A program made the translations under genes and the position numbers. Below the pieces are notes generated by a model, which was given only the letters and a program-made list of their open reading frames with translations, ran no database searches and was not told the origin of the DNA. DNA of 64,000 nucleotides, from assembly GCA_016783565.1 (NCBI GenBank), contig JADHWI010000003.1, positions 9,926 through 73,925 of the forward strand, written 5' to 3'. This DNA is from Kiritimatiellia bacterium. GTDB lineage: Bacteria > Verrucomicrobiota > Kiritimatiellia > UBA8416 > JADHWI01. Positions 46,884 through 55,944 of this stretch are shown in pieces (the first letter of the stretch is position 1; each line of letters begins with the position of its first letter).

Positions 46884-48305
46884 ATGCCTACCTCACGTCA
46901 CCTGCTCATGGGAATCACCATCCTCACCACTCTCATTCACTTACAACCGCAGGCCATAGGTGCCAAAAAATACAAACACCAGAAACACGTCAAACATTAC
47001 GAAGGCACCAAAACCTGCATCAAATGCCATAAGAAGGAAGCTAAAAACTTCTTTCACTCCCAGCACTACCAATGGCAAGGCGCCACACCCGGGCTCGTCA
47101 ATACAGAGGGTCAACGTTACGGTAAAATCAACACCATCAATGATTTCTGCACCAGCCCAAAGGCCAACTGGATCGGCCTGGTCCGAAACTCCCGAGGAGA
47201 AGTCATTACCAAGGGCTGCTCAAAATGCCACGCTGGCCTGGGAAAACTCCCCTCTCCCACATTAAGCGATGCACAACTCGAAAATATCGACTGCCTGATT
47301 TGCCATGCATCGGGATACCGACGTGATCTATATAAAAACGAAGACGGATCTTTAGAGTGGAAGCCCATTCTCTGGAAGAACACCGAAGGCATGAATTCGG
47401 TCTCACGACGCATCTCTCTACCCACACGCACCATGTGCCTGCGCTGCCATTCCGCTTCCGGAGGTGGGCCAAACTATAAACGCGGTGACATCGAATACGC
47501 ACTGAGAGATTGCGAGCGTGATTTTGACGTCCATATGTCTCCCGATGGCGGCGACCTGCATTGCATTGACTGCCATGCAGGAAAAGATCATAGAGTCCGC
47601 GGACGCGGCGCCGACCTGTCTGGAACCGATATGCCAGATGCACCGCTCTCCTGCAGCACGTCCGACTGCCACGGCGAAGATCCCCACGATGTAAAAGTGC
47701 TTAATCATCACACCAAACGCGTTGCATGTGAAACATGCCATATCCCCACCTTCGCCAAAGAAGATGCCACCGACATGATGCGTGACTGGTCAAAACCCTC
47801 ATACAACGAAAAGGCTGACAAGTACTCTGCCACCATTACGACCCAAACAAACGTTATACCGGTATACGCCTGGTACAACGGCACCACACGAGCACAATTG
47901 CCATCGCAACCTGCCCACACATTAGCCGATGGAAAAACCGTAGGCATGATGCTCCCTCAAGGCTCCCGCCAGGATTCCAAGGCACGCATTTACCCCTTCA
48001 AATTACACAAGGGAAAACTGCCCATGCTAAAAGAAAAGAAATGGATTGTCCCAATCGTCGTAGAAAGTTTCTTTGCCGATGGCGATATAAATAAAGCCAT
48101 CCATGAAGCCGCGCATGACATGTATGGCATTGAGAAGGCGGACTATACCTGGGTGGATACCGTGCGCTATATGGGCATCTACCATGAAGTGACACCGAAA
48201 GAGCATGCATTAAAATGCCTGGATTGCCATGCACCCGATACTCGCCTGAACTGGAAAGCTCTCGGTTACGATAGCGATCCTCTCGAAAAAATATTGAAAA
48301 ACTGA
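46884..48305 (+). CDS. exported octaheme c-type cytochrome (tetrathionate-reductase Otr-family-like)
   Basis: Signal-like MPTSRHLLMGITILTTLIHLQPQAIG. Seven CxxCH motifs (CIKCH, CSKCH, CLICH, CLRCH, CIDCH, CETCH, CLDCH) plus one CX4CH (CSTSDCH). CHSASGGGPNYKRGD follows heme 4. Confidence 0.7.
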   Translation: MPTSRHLLMGITILTTLIHLQPQAIGAKKYKHQKHVKHYEGTKTCIKCHKKEAKNFFHSQHYQWQGATPGLVNTEGQRYGKINTINDFCTSPKANWIGLVRNSRGEVITKGCSKCHAGLGKLPSPTLSDAQLENIDCLICHASGYRRDLYKNEDGSLEWKPILWKNTEGMNSVSRRISLPTRTMCLRCHSASGGGPNYKRGDIEYALRDCERDFDVHMSPDGGDLHCIDCHAGKDHRVRGRGADLSGTDMPDAPLSCSTSDCHGEDPHDVKVLNHHTKRVACETCHIPTFAKEDATDMMRDWSKPSYNEKADKYSATITTQTNVIPVYAWYNGTTRAQLPSQPAHTLADGKTVGMMLPQGSRQDSKARIYPFKLHKGKLPMLKEKKWIVPIVVESFFADGDINKAIHEAAHDMYGIEKADYTWVDTVRYMGIYHEVTPKEHALKCLDCHAPDTRLNWKALGYDSDPLEKILKN

Positions 48306-48475
48306 GGCCTGCTCCAGAGACCCACAGGGTCTCACACACCCACAGATGTTTTGCCTTGTTGACCGTCTGGTTGAAAATAAACTCAAACCAGAAAGGTCGA
48401 CAAAGCAGAATCCTCCCTTGCGCCTTGACTTGACTTGATTTGCAGCGCATCGCCATGCTATGAATCTGCAGCATT

Positions 48476-49507
48476 ATGAAAGTTGCACTTCTGGGATTAC
48501 CACAAGCAGGCAAAAAAACACTGTTCACGCTCCTGACAGGACGCGAGGTCTCTGCCTCGCGTCGACCGGATGAAACCATAGAAGGCACCGCGTCTATTCG
48601 GGATACACGCGTCGATCGACTGGTCGAGCTGTGCGAACCAGAAAGCGTCGTGTATGCAGAGAATCGTTTCGCGCTTTGCCCTGACATCCCTTACAACGAC
48701 ACCGCACGTGGTTGGCTTGATGCCGCACGTCAGTGCGACCTACTCTGCCTGGTCGTTCGCGACTTCCCCTCAGATCAGGTGTATCACCCGGCAGGCAGCA
48801 TAGATCCCAAACGGGATATCGCCTATCTCGAGGGTGAAGTGCTTCTTGCAGATATGGCCATTATCGACAAACGACTCGAACGGCTCGAAAAGGAAAGACG
48901 GGCCGGCTTGAGCGCCGATCAAAAGGTCGAAGAAACAGCGCTGCGCAAATGCATGACCGTGCTGGAAGATGGCCGCAAAGCATCGGAAGCCAACCTTGAA
49001 ACCCATGAGCATGACGCAATTCAAAGCCTCGAGTTGGTATCCTTTAATCCAATCGTACACATCTATAACGTTTCAGAAGACAACCTCCAGGCCGACTACG
49101 GAGGTGGCTCGCTGGTGATCTCTGCGCTGATCGAAAGCGAGATCATGGCCATTGAAGATCCGGCCGAACGACAAGAATTCCTCGAGGCAACCGGCCTGAC
49201 ATCATCTGGACTGGATCGCGTCAACGCAACCATCTATGACGCCCTCGGCCTGATGTCGTTCTATACCACGGGAAAAGATGAATGCCGCGCGTGGACCATT
49301 CGCAAGGGATCACCGGCGCCCATCGCAGGCGGCAAGATTCATACCGACATCCAGCGCGGCTTCATCCGCGTGGAAGTAATTAAATACGAGGATTTCCTGG
49401 CCGCGGGCTCAGAGGCCGCAGCACGGGATGCAGGAAAGCTGCAAACACGGGGCAAAGACTACATCATGGAAGATGGTGACACCTGTCACTTCCTGTTTAA
49501 CGTGTAA
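48476..49507 (+). CDS. ychF: YchF-family (Obg-like) ATPase with an atypical G3 region
   Basis: G1 is GLPQAGKKTLF and NVSEDN corresponds to NVNEDG. The C-terminus RAWTIRKGSPAPIAGGKIHTDIQRGFIRVEVIKYEDF...GKDYIMEDGDTCHFLFNV is nearly colinear with E. coli YchF. DIAG is replaced by PDIP. Confidence 0.75.
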   Translation: MKVALLGLPQAGKKTLFTLLTGREVSASRRPDETIEGTASIRDTRVDRLVELCEPESVVYAENRFALCPDIPYNDTARGWLDAARQCDLLCLVVRDFPSDQVYHPAGSIDPKRDIAYLEGEVLLADMAIIDKRLERLEKERRAGLSADQKVEETALRKCMTVLEDGRKASEANLETHEHDAIQSLELVSFNPIVHIYNVSEDNLQADYGGGSLVISALIESEIMAIEDPAERQEFLEATGLTSSGLDRVNATIYDALGLMSFYTTGKDECRAWTIRKGSPAPIAGGKIHTDIQRGFIRVEVIKYEDFLAAGSEAAARDAGKLQTRGKDYIMEDGDTCHFLFNV

Positions 49508-49516
49508 CGCGCTGCA

Positions 49517-49819
49517 TTATTGAACATGATACGTGCCATCCGGCATCTGCTTCCAATCCCTGCCGCTCACGTTCTCGCATACCTTCGTTACCGCATCGAA
49601 CACTTTAGACGGCGAAAACCCCTGGTTCCGCCCCGCAAGCAGAATCGCAATAATACAGTCAGCCAGCGGCATCACATCGCCGGGATTGTAATGTGCCTCT
49701 TCCAGCTTGCTCGCAATCTTCCTGGCCTCGACATCTATATCCGGATGACCCAATTTCTCATGAAGCTCTTCGATGGTCTTGTCGATGACAGAATCGATTT
49801 GCACAGCGGCACCCTCCAC
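49517..49819 (-). CDS. MazG-like / DUF550-type dATP/dGTP pyrophosphohydrolase-like protein
   Basis: 100 aa with a GTG start. KLEEAHYNPGDVMPLADCIIAILLAGRNQGFS...ENVSGRDWKQMPDGTYH fits the E..E...(E/L)AD...helix...N..R.W...dG..H pattern of phage NTP pyrophosphohydrolases. Confidence 0.5.
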   Translation of the reverse strand: MEGAAVQIDSVIDKTIEELHEKLGHPDIDVEARKIASKLEEAHYNPGDVMPLADCIIAILLAGRNQGFSPSKVFDAVTKVCENVSGRDWKQMPDGTYHVQ

Positions 49820-49925
49820 AATTGAGATTATATTGACTTCAAACCGAATCTAACACCACTCACATGGACATGCAACCGCCCGTGCATCAAAGATGCAAAA
49901 ATCTGACCACGTCCCTCCCCCGATG

Positions 49926-50465
49926 TCATAATTCAGAGATTTCCGCCTCAAGCCGGGAAACCTTGGCCTGCAAACGCCCCAATTCTTCAAGTTTGCGATT
50001 CTTGATCTTCGCCTTGCGTTCACGCTCTGCCGGGGCATCCACCACAACACGCCGTCGCACGAAAGACAAGGGAAATAACAATGCTGGATCATCTGTCTTC
50101 AGGGCATCCCCAGGCATCACAAGCTGAACATCATACGCATCAAAAAGATCCATGAGCTCTCTCAGGACCTCTGATGCCGTACCGAGGCGGTCTGCCTGCA
50201 CCACGATCACATGATCAACCAACCGCGCTTCAATTATTTCCACCAACCGATCCAGCGCGGGTCGAGCATCCGCATCACCATCCGTAGCCCAGCAGGTGGG
50301 AGGACTAATACCGTCATGATCCCTGTCCGTCAACACATGCCGCGATTCGACCAATAGATTATGCTCACGCACCAACTGCGTACACACCTCCACCTGACGA
50401 TCAACATTCGGACACCGGGAAGTGCGCTCCCGACTCCAGGCTCTGGCATAAATACATGCTCGCAT
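49926..50465 (-). CDS. small serine recombinase (resolvase catalytic domain only, coiled-coil tail, no HTH)
   Basis: MRACIYARAWSRE corresponds to YARVS with the catalytic Ser. RPALDRLVEIIEARLVDHVIVVQADRLGT is the resolvase core. The C-terminus AERERKAKIKNRKLEELGRLQAKVSRLEAEISEL is a coiled coil. Confidence 0.6.
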   Translation of the reverse strand: MRACIYARAWSRERTSRCPNVDRQVEVCTQLVREHNLLVESRHVLTDRDHDGISPPTCWATDGDADARPALDRLVEIIEARLVDHVIVVQADRLGTASEVLRELMDLFDAYDVQLVMPGDALKTDDPALLFPLSFVRRRVVVDAPAERERKAKIKNRKLEELGRLQAKVSRLEAEISEL

Positions 50466-50629
50466 GATTCTTTTCCCTTCTAAACAGTAAAGATTCATTA
50501 TGCCGTGAAGAGGAAAAGACTGGCAACAACAATGCACACTTGCTTCAATGCCTGTGACGTGAGCTGCTTTGAAGGCAAACGCCAGGCAGCCATTCCTTGT
50601 TGGGCAACAAAGAAAACAGGAGTAGAATC

Positions 50630-51439
50630 ATGACATCTACCTCTAAAACAGCAATTCGGTTCCTTCTGATTTCCACCCTCTGCATATCGTCCATAGCGGC
50701 ACATGCACAACTGCCAATCATTACCGGTATTGACCCCACTGATACCACAATGAGATATGATGTAGCATTCGCTCATAAAAAAATGGAAAATCGCGACGAG
50801 CATGAAGGCATTGCGCTACAGGGTGACATCGCCGTACATGATAACTGGCGCCTTCGCCTGGCAGTAGAATATATTAGCCTCGAATATCGCGACACTCGCC
50901 CTGACACAGGTTTTAAATCACAAAAAGGCCTGTCCGACATCTCGGCACAACTGCTGTACAAAGCCTACGCCAAAGGACCAAACACGCTTGCCTACGGATT
51001 GAAAGTCAGCCTGGAAACCGCATCTGATGATGAACTTGGAAATGGTGGAACACTGCTGACCCCGACGGCCATGTGGTCCCGCAAATGCGAAAATGACATC
51101 TTGATCGCACCTGTTCTGGAATGGACCTACGCCTCTGACCTCGATGCCACGCCCTACCATGAGAAAGGCGATGTCAACGCACTCAGCATCAAAACTGTTT
51201 TGGCTTGGGAGCCGATGAGCCCCCAAGTCTCATGGCTCCTGGCTGAGCCTCATCTGGCCGTTGACTTCGGAGACGAGGATGAAACCACATTCGACCTGAC
51301 CTTTGAATATGGATTGATGTTCACCGAAACCATGGCTGTATTTGCTCGGCCCACTATGGGTAGCAATGACAGCGATCTGGACTGGTCCATCCTGATTGGC
51401 TTCCGTCAAGTATTGCGCAATTGGGTCTTGTTCGAATAG
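50630..51439 (+). CDS. putative small outer-membrane beta-barrel/transporter (MetA-pathway-like)
   Basis: RBS AGGAG. The signal peptide is MTSTSKTAIRFLLISTLCISSIAAHAQ. The sequence shows alternating amphipathic strands. The family is a guess. Confidence 0.45.
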   Translation: MTSTSKTAIRFLLISTLCISSIAAHAQLPIITGIDPTDTTMRYDVAFAHKKMENRDEHEGIALQGDIAVHDNWRLRLAVEYISLEYRDTRPDTGFKSQKGLSDISAQLLYKAYAKGPNTLAYGLKVSLETASDDELGNGGTLLTPTAMWSRKCENDILIAPVLEWTYASDLDATPYHEKGDVNALSIKTVLAWEPMSPQVSWLLAEPHLAVDFGDEDETTFDLTFEYGLMFTETMAVFARPTMGSNDSDLDWSILIGFRQVLRNWVLFE

Positions 51440-51490
51440 AAAACACTCCACTCGGCATCCAGCAACCAGGGCAGGCCCGCCTGTTGTCCC

Positions 51491-52621
51491 TCAGCCATTA
51501 TCAACCTGGTCACCCGGTTCAGACAAATCAAGAGATTCTGGGTGTCCACTTCCCATAGCAGAATCGTTCCGCAACTCTTCCGGGACAACGGATCCCATCA
51601 GAATTGCAATGCCACGCGTTTCATCCAAACTCGCCATAAAAACCTTCACGGTCATGGTCAGAGGTACCGAAAGCAACATGCCGATCGGCCCCAAAACCCA
51701 CCCCCATAACAACAGAGACACCACAATGATCATGGGTGAAAGCCCCAGACCTTTACCCATAATGCGTGGCTCAAGGAAATTTCCAATGCAGACATTAATC
51801 ATTAAATAGACCGCAGCAACCCCTCCCGCACGAGCCGGGCCAAACTCAACCAAGGCGAGCAACACACCAGGAATCGCAGCCATAATAGAACCAATATTCG
51901 GAATAAAATTCAGAAGAAAAGCCAACACCCCAAGCAATACGGGATAGTCAATTCCTAATACAAGCGCCGTGATCCAAACCAACAATCCCGTTGCCAGGCT
52001 CAGCAAGGCCTTCATGCCCATGTACTGCCGCACGCTGTCAACGGCTTGGCTCAAGCGATCGCGTGTGTCCACACTAATCCCCGGTGCCGCACGCAGCTTT
52101 CCCGGAAGCAAGGCTGCTTCGAGAAGAAGAAACACCACAATAAGCAACACGATGAAAGTCTGACTCAGAATCGCGGTCAATGCCCCAAGGGTACCTTTCA
52201 TAACGTTCAGAGCCGTTCGCCCCGTCAGATACTCTTCGGCAAATTCATCACCCGCATCAATCCCCTTCTCCGCCAGCCATTGCAAAGGAGCAGTCAACTG
52301 CGATTTCAGGGCAGCCTGATAGTCCGCTAGGTTCTCGGAAAACGCGTTGATCGAGCCCAACAGCACCGTCGTACCCAGCATTAGAATTAATGCCAACGCC
52401 ATCACCAAGACCAGCAAAGCAATTCCTGATCGCATCCCCAACCGTTGCAATCCAAAGAAAAGTGGCGTGACAATAATGGCTATAAAGATGGCAAGCAGTA
52501 AGGGCGTCAGGAAGGGTGCGGCCGCACGCATACCGGCCACAATCACCACAAATGCTGCCGCACTAACCAGCATATCCCGCAATTTATACTGAGGGGCTAC
52601 GTTCATACCCTTACGCTCCAT
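51491..52621 (-). CDS. AI-2E family transporter (PerM/UPF0118)
   Basis: About 8 TM helices and the motif FLLNFIPNIGSIMAAIPGVLLAL. Confidence 0.8.
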   Translation of the reverse strand: MERKGMNVAPQYKLRDMLVSAAAFVVIVAGMRAAAPFLTPLLLAIFIAIIVTPLFFGLQRLGMRSGIALLVLVMALALILMLGTTVLLGSINAFSENLADYQAALKSQLTAPLQWLAEKGIDAGDEFAEEYLTGRTALNVMKGTLGALTAILSQTFIVLLIVVFLLLEAALLPGKLRAAPGISVDTRDRLSQAVDSVRQYMGMKALLSLATGLLVWITALVLGIDYPVLLGVLAFLLNFIPNIGSIMAAIPGVLLALVEFGPARAGGVAAVYLMINVCIGNFLEPRIMGKGLGLSPMIIVVSLLLWGWVLGPIGMLLSVPLTMTVKVFMASLDETRGIAILMGSVVPEELRNDSAMGSGHPESLDLSEPGDQVDNG

Positions 52622-53025
52622 TATTGCTGCTTAAGCTTTCTGTTTTTCCAACGCCAGTCAATGCCCTTCTGAGCCAGATACGCCTCAAACTCCTCCGCAC
52701 TATGAAAACGATAGATATATGGAGCATCCTCTGACAAGTATTCACATACTTCATGCTCCTGCTCGCCGTACTGTCGGCAGATTCGCGGACGCTTCTCATA
52801 GATCGTACAGCAATGCGCATCGTCTAACTGTTCGCAATCCGTTGCAAACTCAAGAAACCAATCTCCATTCTGGTCGACAAAAACAAATACATTCTTGTGC
52901 AGGAGGTACCACCGTATGTGATCGTAGTCACGTTTACATACCGGTTCATCAATCTCTGTTGCCACATGGCGACAACATTGACCCGGGCAACCATCACAGG
53001 TAAGCAATGCTTCATTTTTACTCAT
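52621..53025 (-). CDS. YkgJ-family cysteine-cluster protein
   Basis: CDGCPGQCCRHV with downstream Cys residues (DCEQLDDAHCCTIYEKRPRICRQY). Confidence 0.75.
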   Translation of the reverse strand: MSKNEALLTCDGCPGQCCRHVATEIDEPVCKRDYDHIRWYLLHKNVFVFVDQNGDWFLEFATDCEQLDDAHCCTIYEKRPRICRQYGEQEHEVCEYLSEDAPYIYRFHSAEEFEAYLAQKGIDWRWKNRKLKQQ

Positions 53026-54359
53026 TCAGTCGTCAACTCGTTGTTTTGAATTTTATTAAGCAGTGCCCGAGCGGCATCGACATCTTTAAATGTGCCCCCC
53101 GTCTTCAGCGCCGTAATCAGTTCGCGCTCCGCGTCTGCGGGCCGTTCAAGCGCCAGCAACACCTTGGCCAGATGATAACGAATTTGCGAGTCTTGCGGTC
53201 GCTTCCGTACCGCCGTGGCCAGAAGCGCTGCCGCTCGGCGATAATCCCCTGCACCATAATGCAACCAGCCCAACGTGTCGGCCACCGCCGGTGACCCCGG
53301 CGAAAGCTGCCAGGCCATCGACGCCAGCCTCATTGCTTCCTTTTCCTGTCCCTCTTTTTCTGCCAGCAGACTGGCCAGATTGTTAAGCGCAACCACGCTG
53401 GTTGAGGTCAATTCCAACACTTTACGGTAGCTCATTATAGCTGCATCTTTATCACCCACCTTCAGGTAATGATGCCCCGTCACCAAGTGCACTCCGGGCG
53501 ACGTCGGCTGCAGTTCCGCAGCCTTGGCCAACACGTCACCCGCCCGTTGCGTATCACCAAGCGAATCGCATGCATTCGCATAACCCATCAGTACATCCAA
53601 ATCGTTCGGGCGTACCTGCACGAGTTGCTCATACATTTGCCCTGCTCGCACAAAAGAACCCTCTGCCATCAGAGCCCGCCCCATTAGCCTTTTGGCTTCA
53701 ATCAATCCGGGATTAAGCGTTGCAGCTTTCTCGGCATACGTGAGCGCCAGCGATGGTAAAGCCTGCTTCAGCATAACCTCTCCCATGAATAAGTTCGCAC
53801 GTGCATCACCTGGGTCATCAGCAAGCACGCGTGAGGCCTGCCGATAGCCATCATTAACCTTTCCGCGTGCCACGTATATCCCTGCCAATCGAAGCCGCAC
53901 ATCGTTGCGCCCCGGGCTATCCTTCAAAACCTGCTCACAAAGCTCCAGCGCCTTAGACCATTCGCCCTTCCGAACACGACGATCTATCAACTCCAGCGTC
54001 GGATTCCGCATGTCGACCGCATCGCTAAAGACTGTCGTCACATCCGCAACCGATTTCTCTGACGTCCCTTCAATATCCATTGGTGCATCAACCTCCGCCA
54101 ACGGATCTGCCGGCACCACTTCAGATTCATCACCTTCCCGTGCTGGATCTGCCCTGTCTGACTGAATGACACCCTGCTCACCTACTTCAGCATCGGTCAC
54201 CGTCACGGGCGTTCCCGTCTCGGCCGACGAGACCAAACCTCCACTGCCACGCGCCGGAGGCACATAACGCCCGAACCCCGTATAGAGGAAATACGCCAGC
54301 ACACCTAACACGCCAACAAACGACACAAGAATCGCAAGATATTGCAGAAATCTCTTCAT
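53022..54359 (-). CDS. membrane-anchored tetratricopeptide-repeat protein
   Basis: The ATG at 54359 follows GAGGAGG. The TM is FLQYLAILVSFVGVLGVLAYFL. Multiple TPR units follow (e.g. ALELCEQVLKDSPGRNDVRLRLAGIYVARGK). Confidence 0.75.
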   Translation of the reverse strand: MKRFLQYLAILVSFVGVLGVLAYFLYTGFGRYVPPARGSGGLVSSAETGTPVTVTDAEVGEQGVIQSDRADPAREGDESEVVPADPLAEVDAPMDIEGTSEKSVADVTTVFSDAVDMRNPTLELIDRRVRKGEWSKALELCEQVLKDSPGRNDVRLRLAGIYVARGKVNDGYRQASRVLADDPGDARANLFMGEVMLKQALPSLALTYAEKAATLNPGLIEAKRLMGRALMAEGSFVRAGQMYEQLVQVRPNDLDVLMGYANACDSLGDTQRAGDVLAKAAELQPTSPGVHLVTGHHYLKVGDKDAAIMSYRKVLELTSTSVVALNNLASLLAEKEGQEKEAMRLASMAWQLSPGSPAVADTLGWLHYGAGDYRRAAALLATAVRKRPQDSQIRYHLAKVLLALERPADAERELITALKTGGTFKDVDAARALLNKIQNNELTTE

Positions 54360-54559
54360 GGTAGTGGTCACCTCCTCTAATCTCTTCTCGAACCGAGATT
54401 GACGCAGCCCCGCAGCCAAGTCAAGAGAGGAGACAACCGGAGACCTTCCGATTGCTGATGAAATTGTATGCGCCCAATCCATGTCCAGCAGAACATGCCA
54501 TCTATAATTGAACCGCATCCTTCAGGATTCACACCTGTTCATTCTCAAATAAAAATCCG

Positions 54560-55807
54560 TTACAGCGTGTGAACAAGGAGCCCGGAGCGCAACTTGGGCT
54601 CAAACCAGGTACTCTTTGGCGGCATAATGGCGTCTGCATCTGAAATTGCCATCATTTGTTCCACCGTGACGGGATACATCGCAAAGGCCACAGCCATCTC
54701 GCCACTGTCCACACGTTGCTCAAGTGCTTCAGGCCCCTTAATTCCACCCACAAATTCGATCCGATCCGATATGCGCGGATCATCAATACCTAAAACGGGA
54801 GCCAAAAGCCTCTCTTGAAGAATGCTGACATCCAAACGCTTTACAGGATCATCCGTCTCCGGTTTATCCCATGATAATCCATACCACTTACCCGCAAGAT
54901 ACATGCCCACGTGGCAAGGCACATTCAGCTGCGGTTGTACCATCTCCGTCACTGTGAACTGTTCACGCACATCCACCAGGAATTGCGCCTCCGTACGACC
55001 GTTCAAATCCTTAACACAACGATTATACGGAAGAATCTGTAACTGTTGCGCCGGGAACAAAACAGTCAAAAACCAGTTGTGCTCAGCATCCTCCCCAGCC
55101 TCGGGATAAGCATCCGAAAGTTGCGCTGCTGCTCGAGCGGCTGCCGCGGAACGATGATGCCCATCTGCAATGTATGCGCAGGGAATGCGGGCAAACGCAT
55201 CGACAAGTGCCTCACTATCACAAATACGCCAAACCGTGTGACGCACTCCGTCAGAAGCATAGACATCATATAACGGTTGCTCGCGTAACACCGTTTCCAC
55301 ACATGCGTCCACATCCCCGTTATCACGATACGTCAGAAACACAGGTCCCGTATTGGCACGCAACGTCCGTACATGCCGTGCACGATCTTCCTCCTTGTCT
55401 GCCCGAGTGCGTTCATGCTGCAAAATCACATGATTGCGGTATTCCGCCACATGACAACACGCCACCACACCAACCTGAGAATGAGCACCCATGGTCTGAC
55501 GATAAATATAAACACACGGGCGGTCCTCGCGAATCAATGTTCCCTGTTCCTGTAATGCCTCAAAATTCTCTCTCGATTTATCGTAGGCGGCGTCCGAATG
55601 CGGATCCGCACCAGACGGCAAATCGACCTCTGCACGAACCACATGAAGAAAACTCCACGGATTCCCCACCACCATCTGCCGAGCTTCCTCGGACGTCACA
55701 GTGTCATAGGGCACACTGGCTACATGTTCCACGAGGTCTTCCCGGGGGCGAAGTGCTTCAAAAGCCTTAATACGCAATGGTCTTCTCCTTTTTGAAAAAT
55801 AAAGCAC
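54560..55807 (-). CDS. DUF1015-domain protein
   Basis: The N-terminus LRIKAFEALRPREDLVEHVASVPYDTV and the later IADGHHR segment match my memory of DUF1015. The function is unknown. Confidence 0.6.
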   Translation of the reverse strand: MLYFSKRRRPLRIKAFEALRPREDLVEHVASVPYDTVTSEEARQMVVGNPWSFLHVVRAEVDLPSGADPHSDAAYDKSRENFEALQEQGTLIREDRPCVYIYRQTMGAHSQVGVVACCHVAEYRNHVILQHERTRADKEEDRARHVRTLRANTGPVFLTYRDNGDVDACVETVLREQPLYDVYASDGVRHTVWRICDSEALVDAFARIPCAYIADGHHRSAAAARAAAQLSDAYPEAGEDAEHNWFLTVLFPAQQLQILPYNRCVKDLNGRTEAQFLVDVREQFTVTEMVQPQLNVPCHVGMYLAGKWYGLSWDKPETDDPVKRLDVSILQERLLAPVLGIDDPRISDRIEFVGGIKGPEALEQRVDSGEMAVAFAMYPVTVEQMMAISDADAIMPPKSTWFEPKLRSGLLVHTL

Positions 55808-55944
55808 TTATTCAACACCATTCCACCTCACCTGTCAATTCAAGGCAAACGTGAGCGTTCTTGACCGCGCTTTATTCTACAGGTTAAGGTATTAACCCGT
55901 TGGAAGTTTTTGATTTGTACCCCGTTGTGTGGGAGTAACCGAAG

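Larger units (their letters stand above)
49517..50465 (-). mobile_element. remnant of a mobile or prophage module (serine recombinase plus DUF550-type pyrophosphohydrolase)
   Basis: Two co-directional small genes of typical phage or mobile-element families. No flanking repeats, tRNA or other phage genes were seen. Confidence 0.35.

Noticed and set aside
44742-48305. Direct equivalence to MtrAB/Pcc extracellular electron-transfer conduits
   Set aside because: No deca- or dodecaheme rod-like cytochrome and no extracellular lipoprotein cytochrome are present. The octaheme looks like a globular reductase. I kept this only as one hypothesis within the cluster finding.
49820-50629. Invertible promoter switch controlled by the small serine recombinase
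   Set aside because: I compared both flanking intergenic regions by eye and found no inverted repeats bracketing a segment. This cannot be fully excluded without a computational repeat search.
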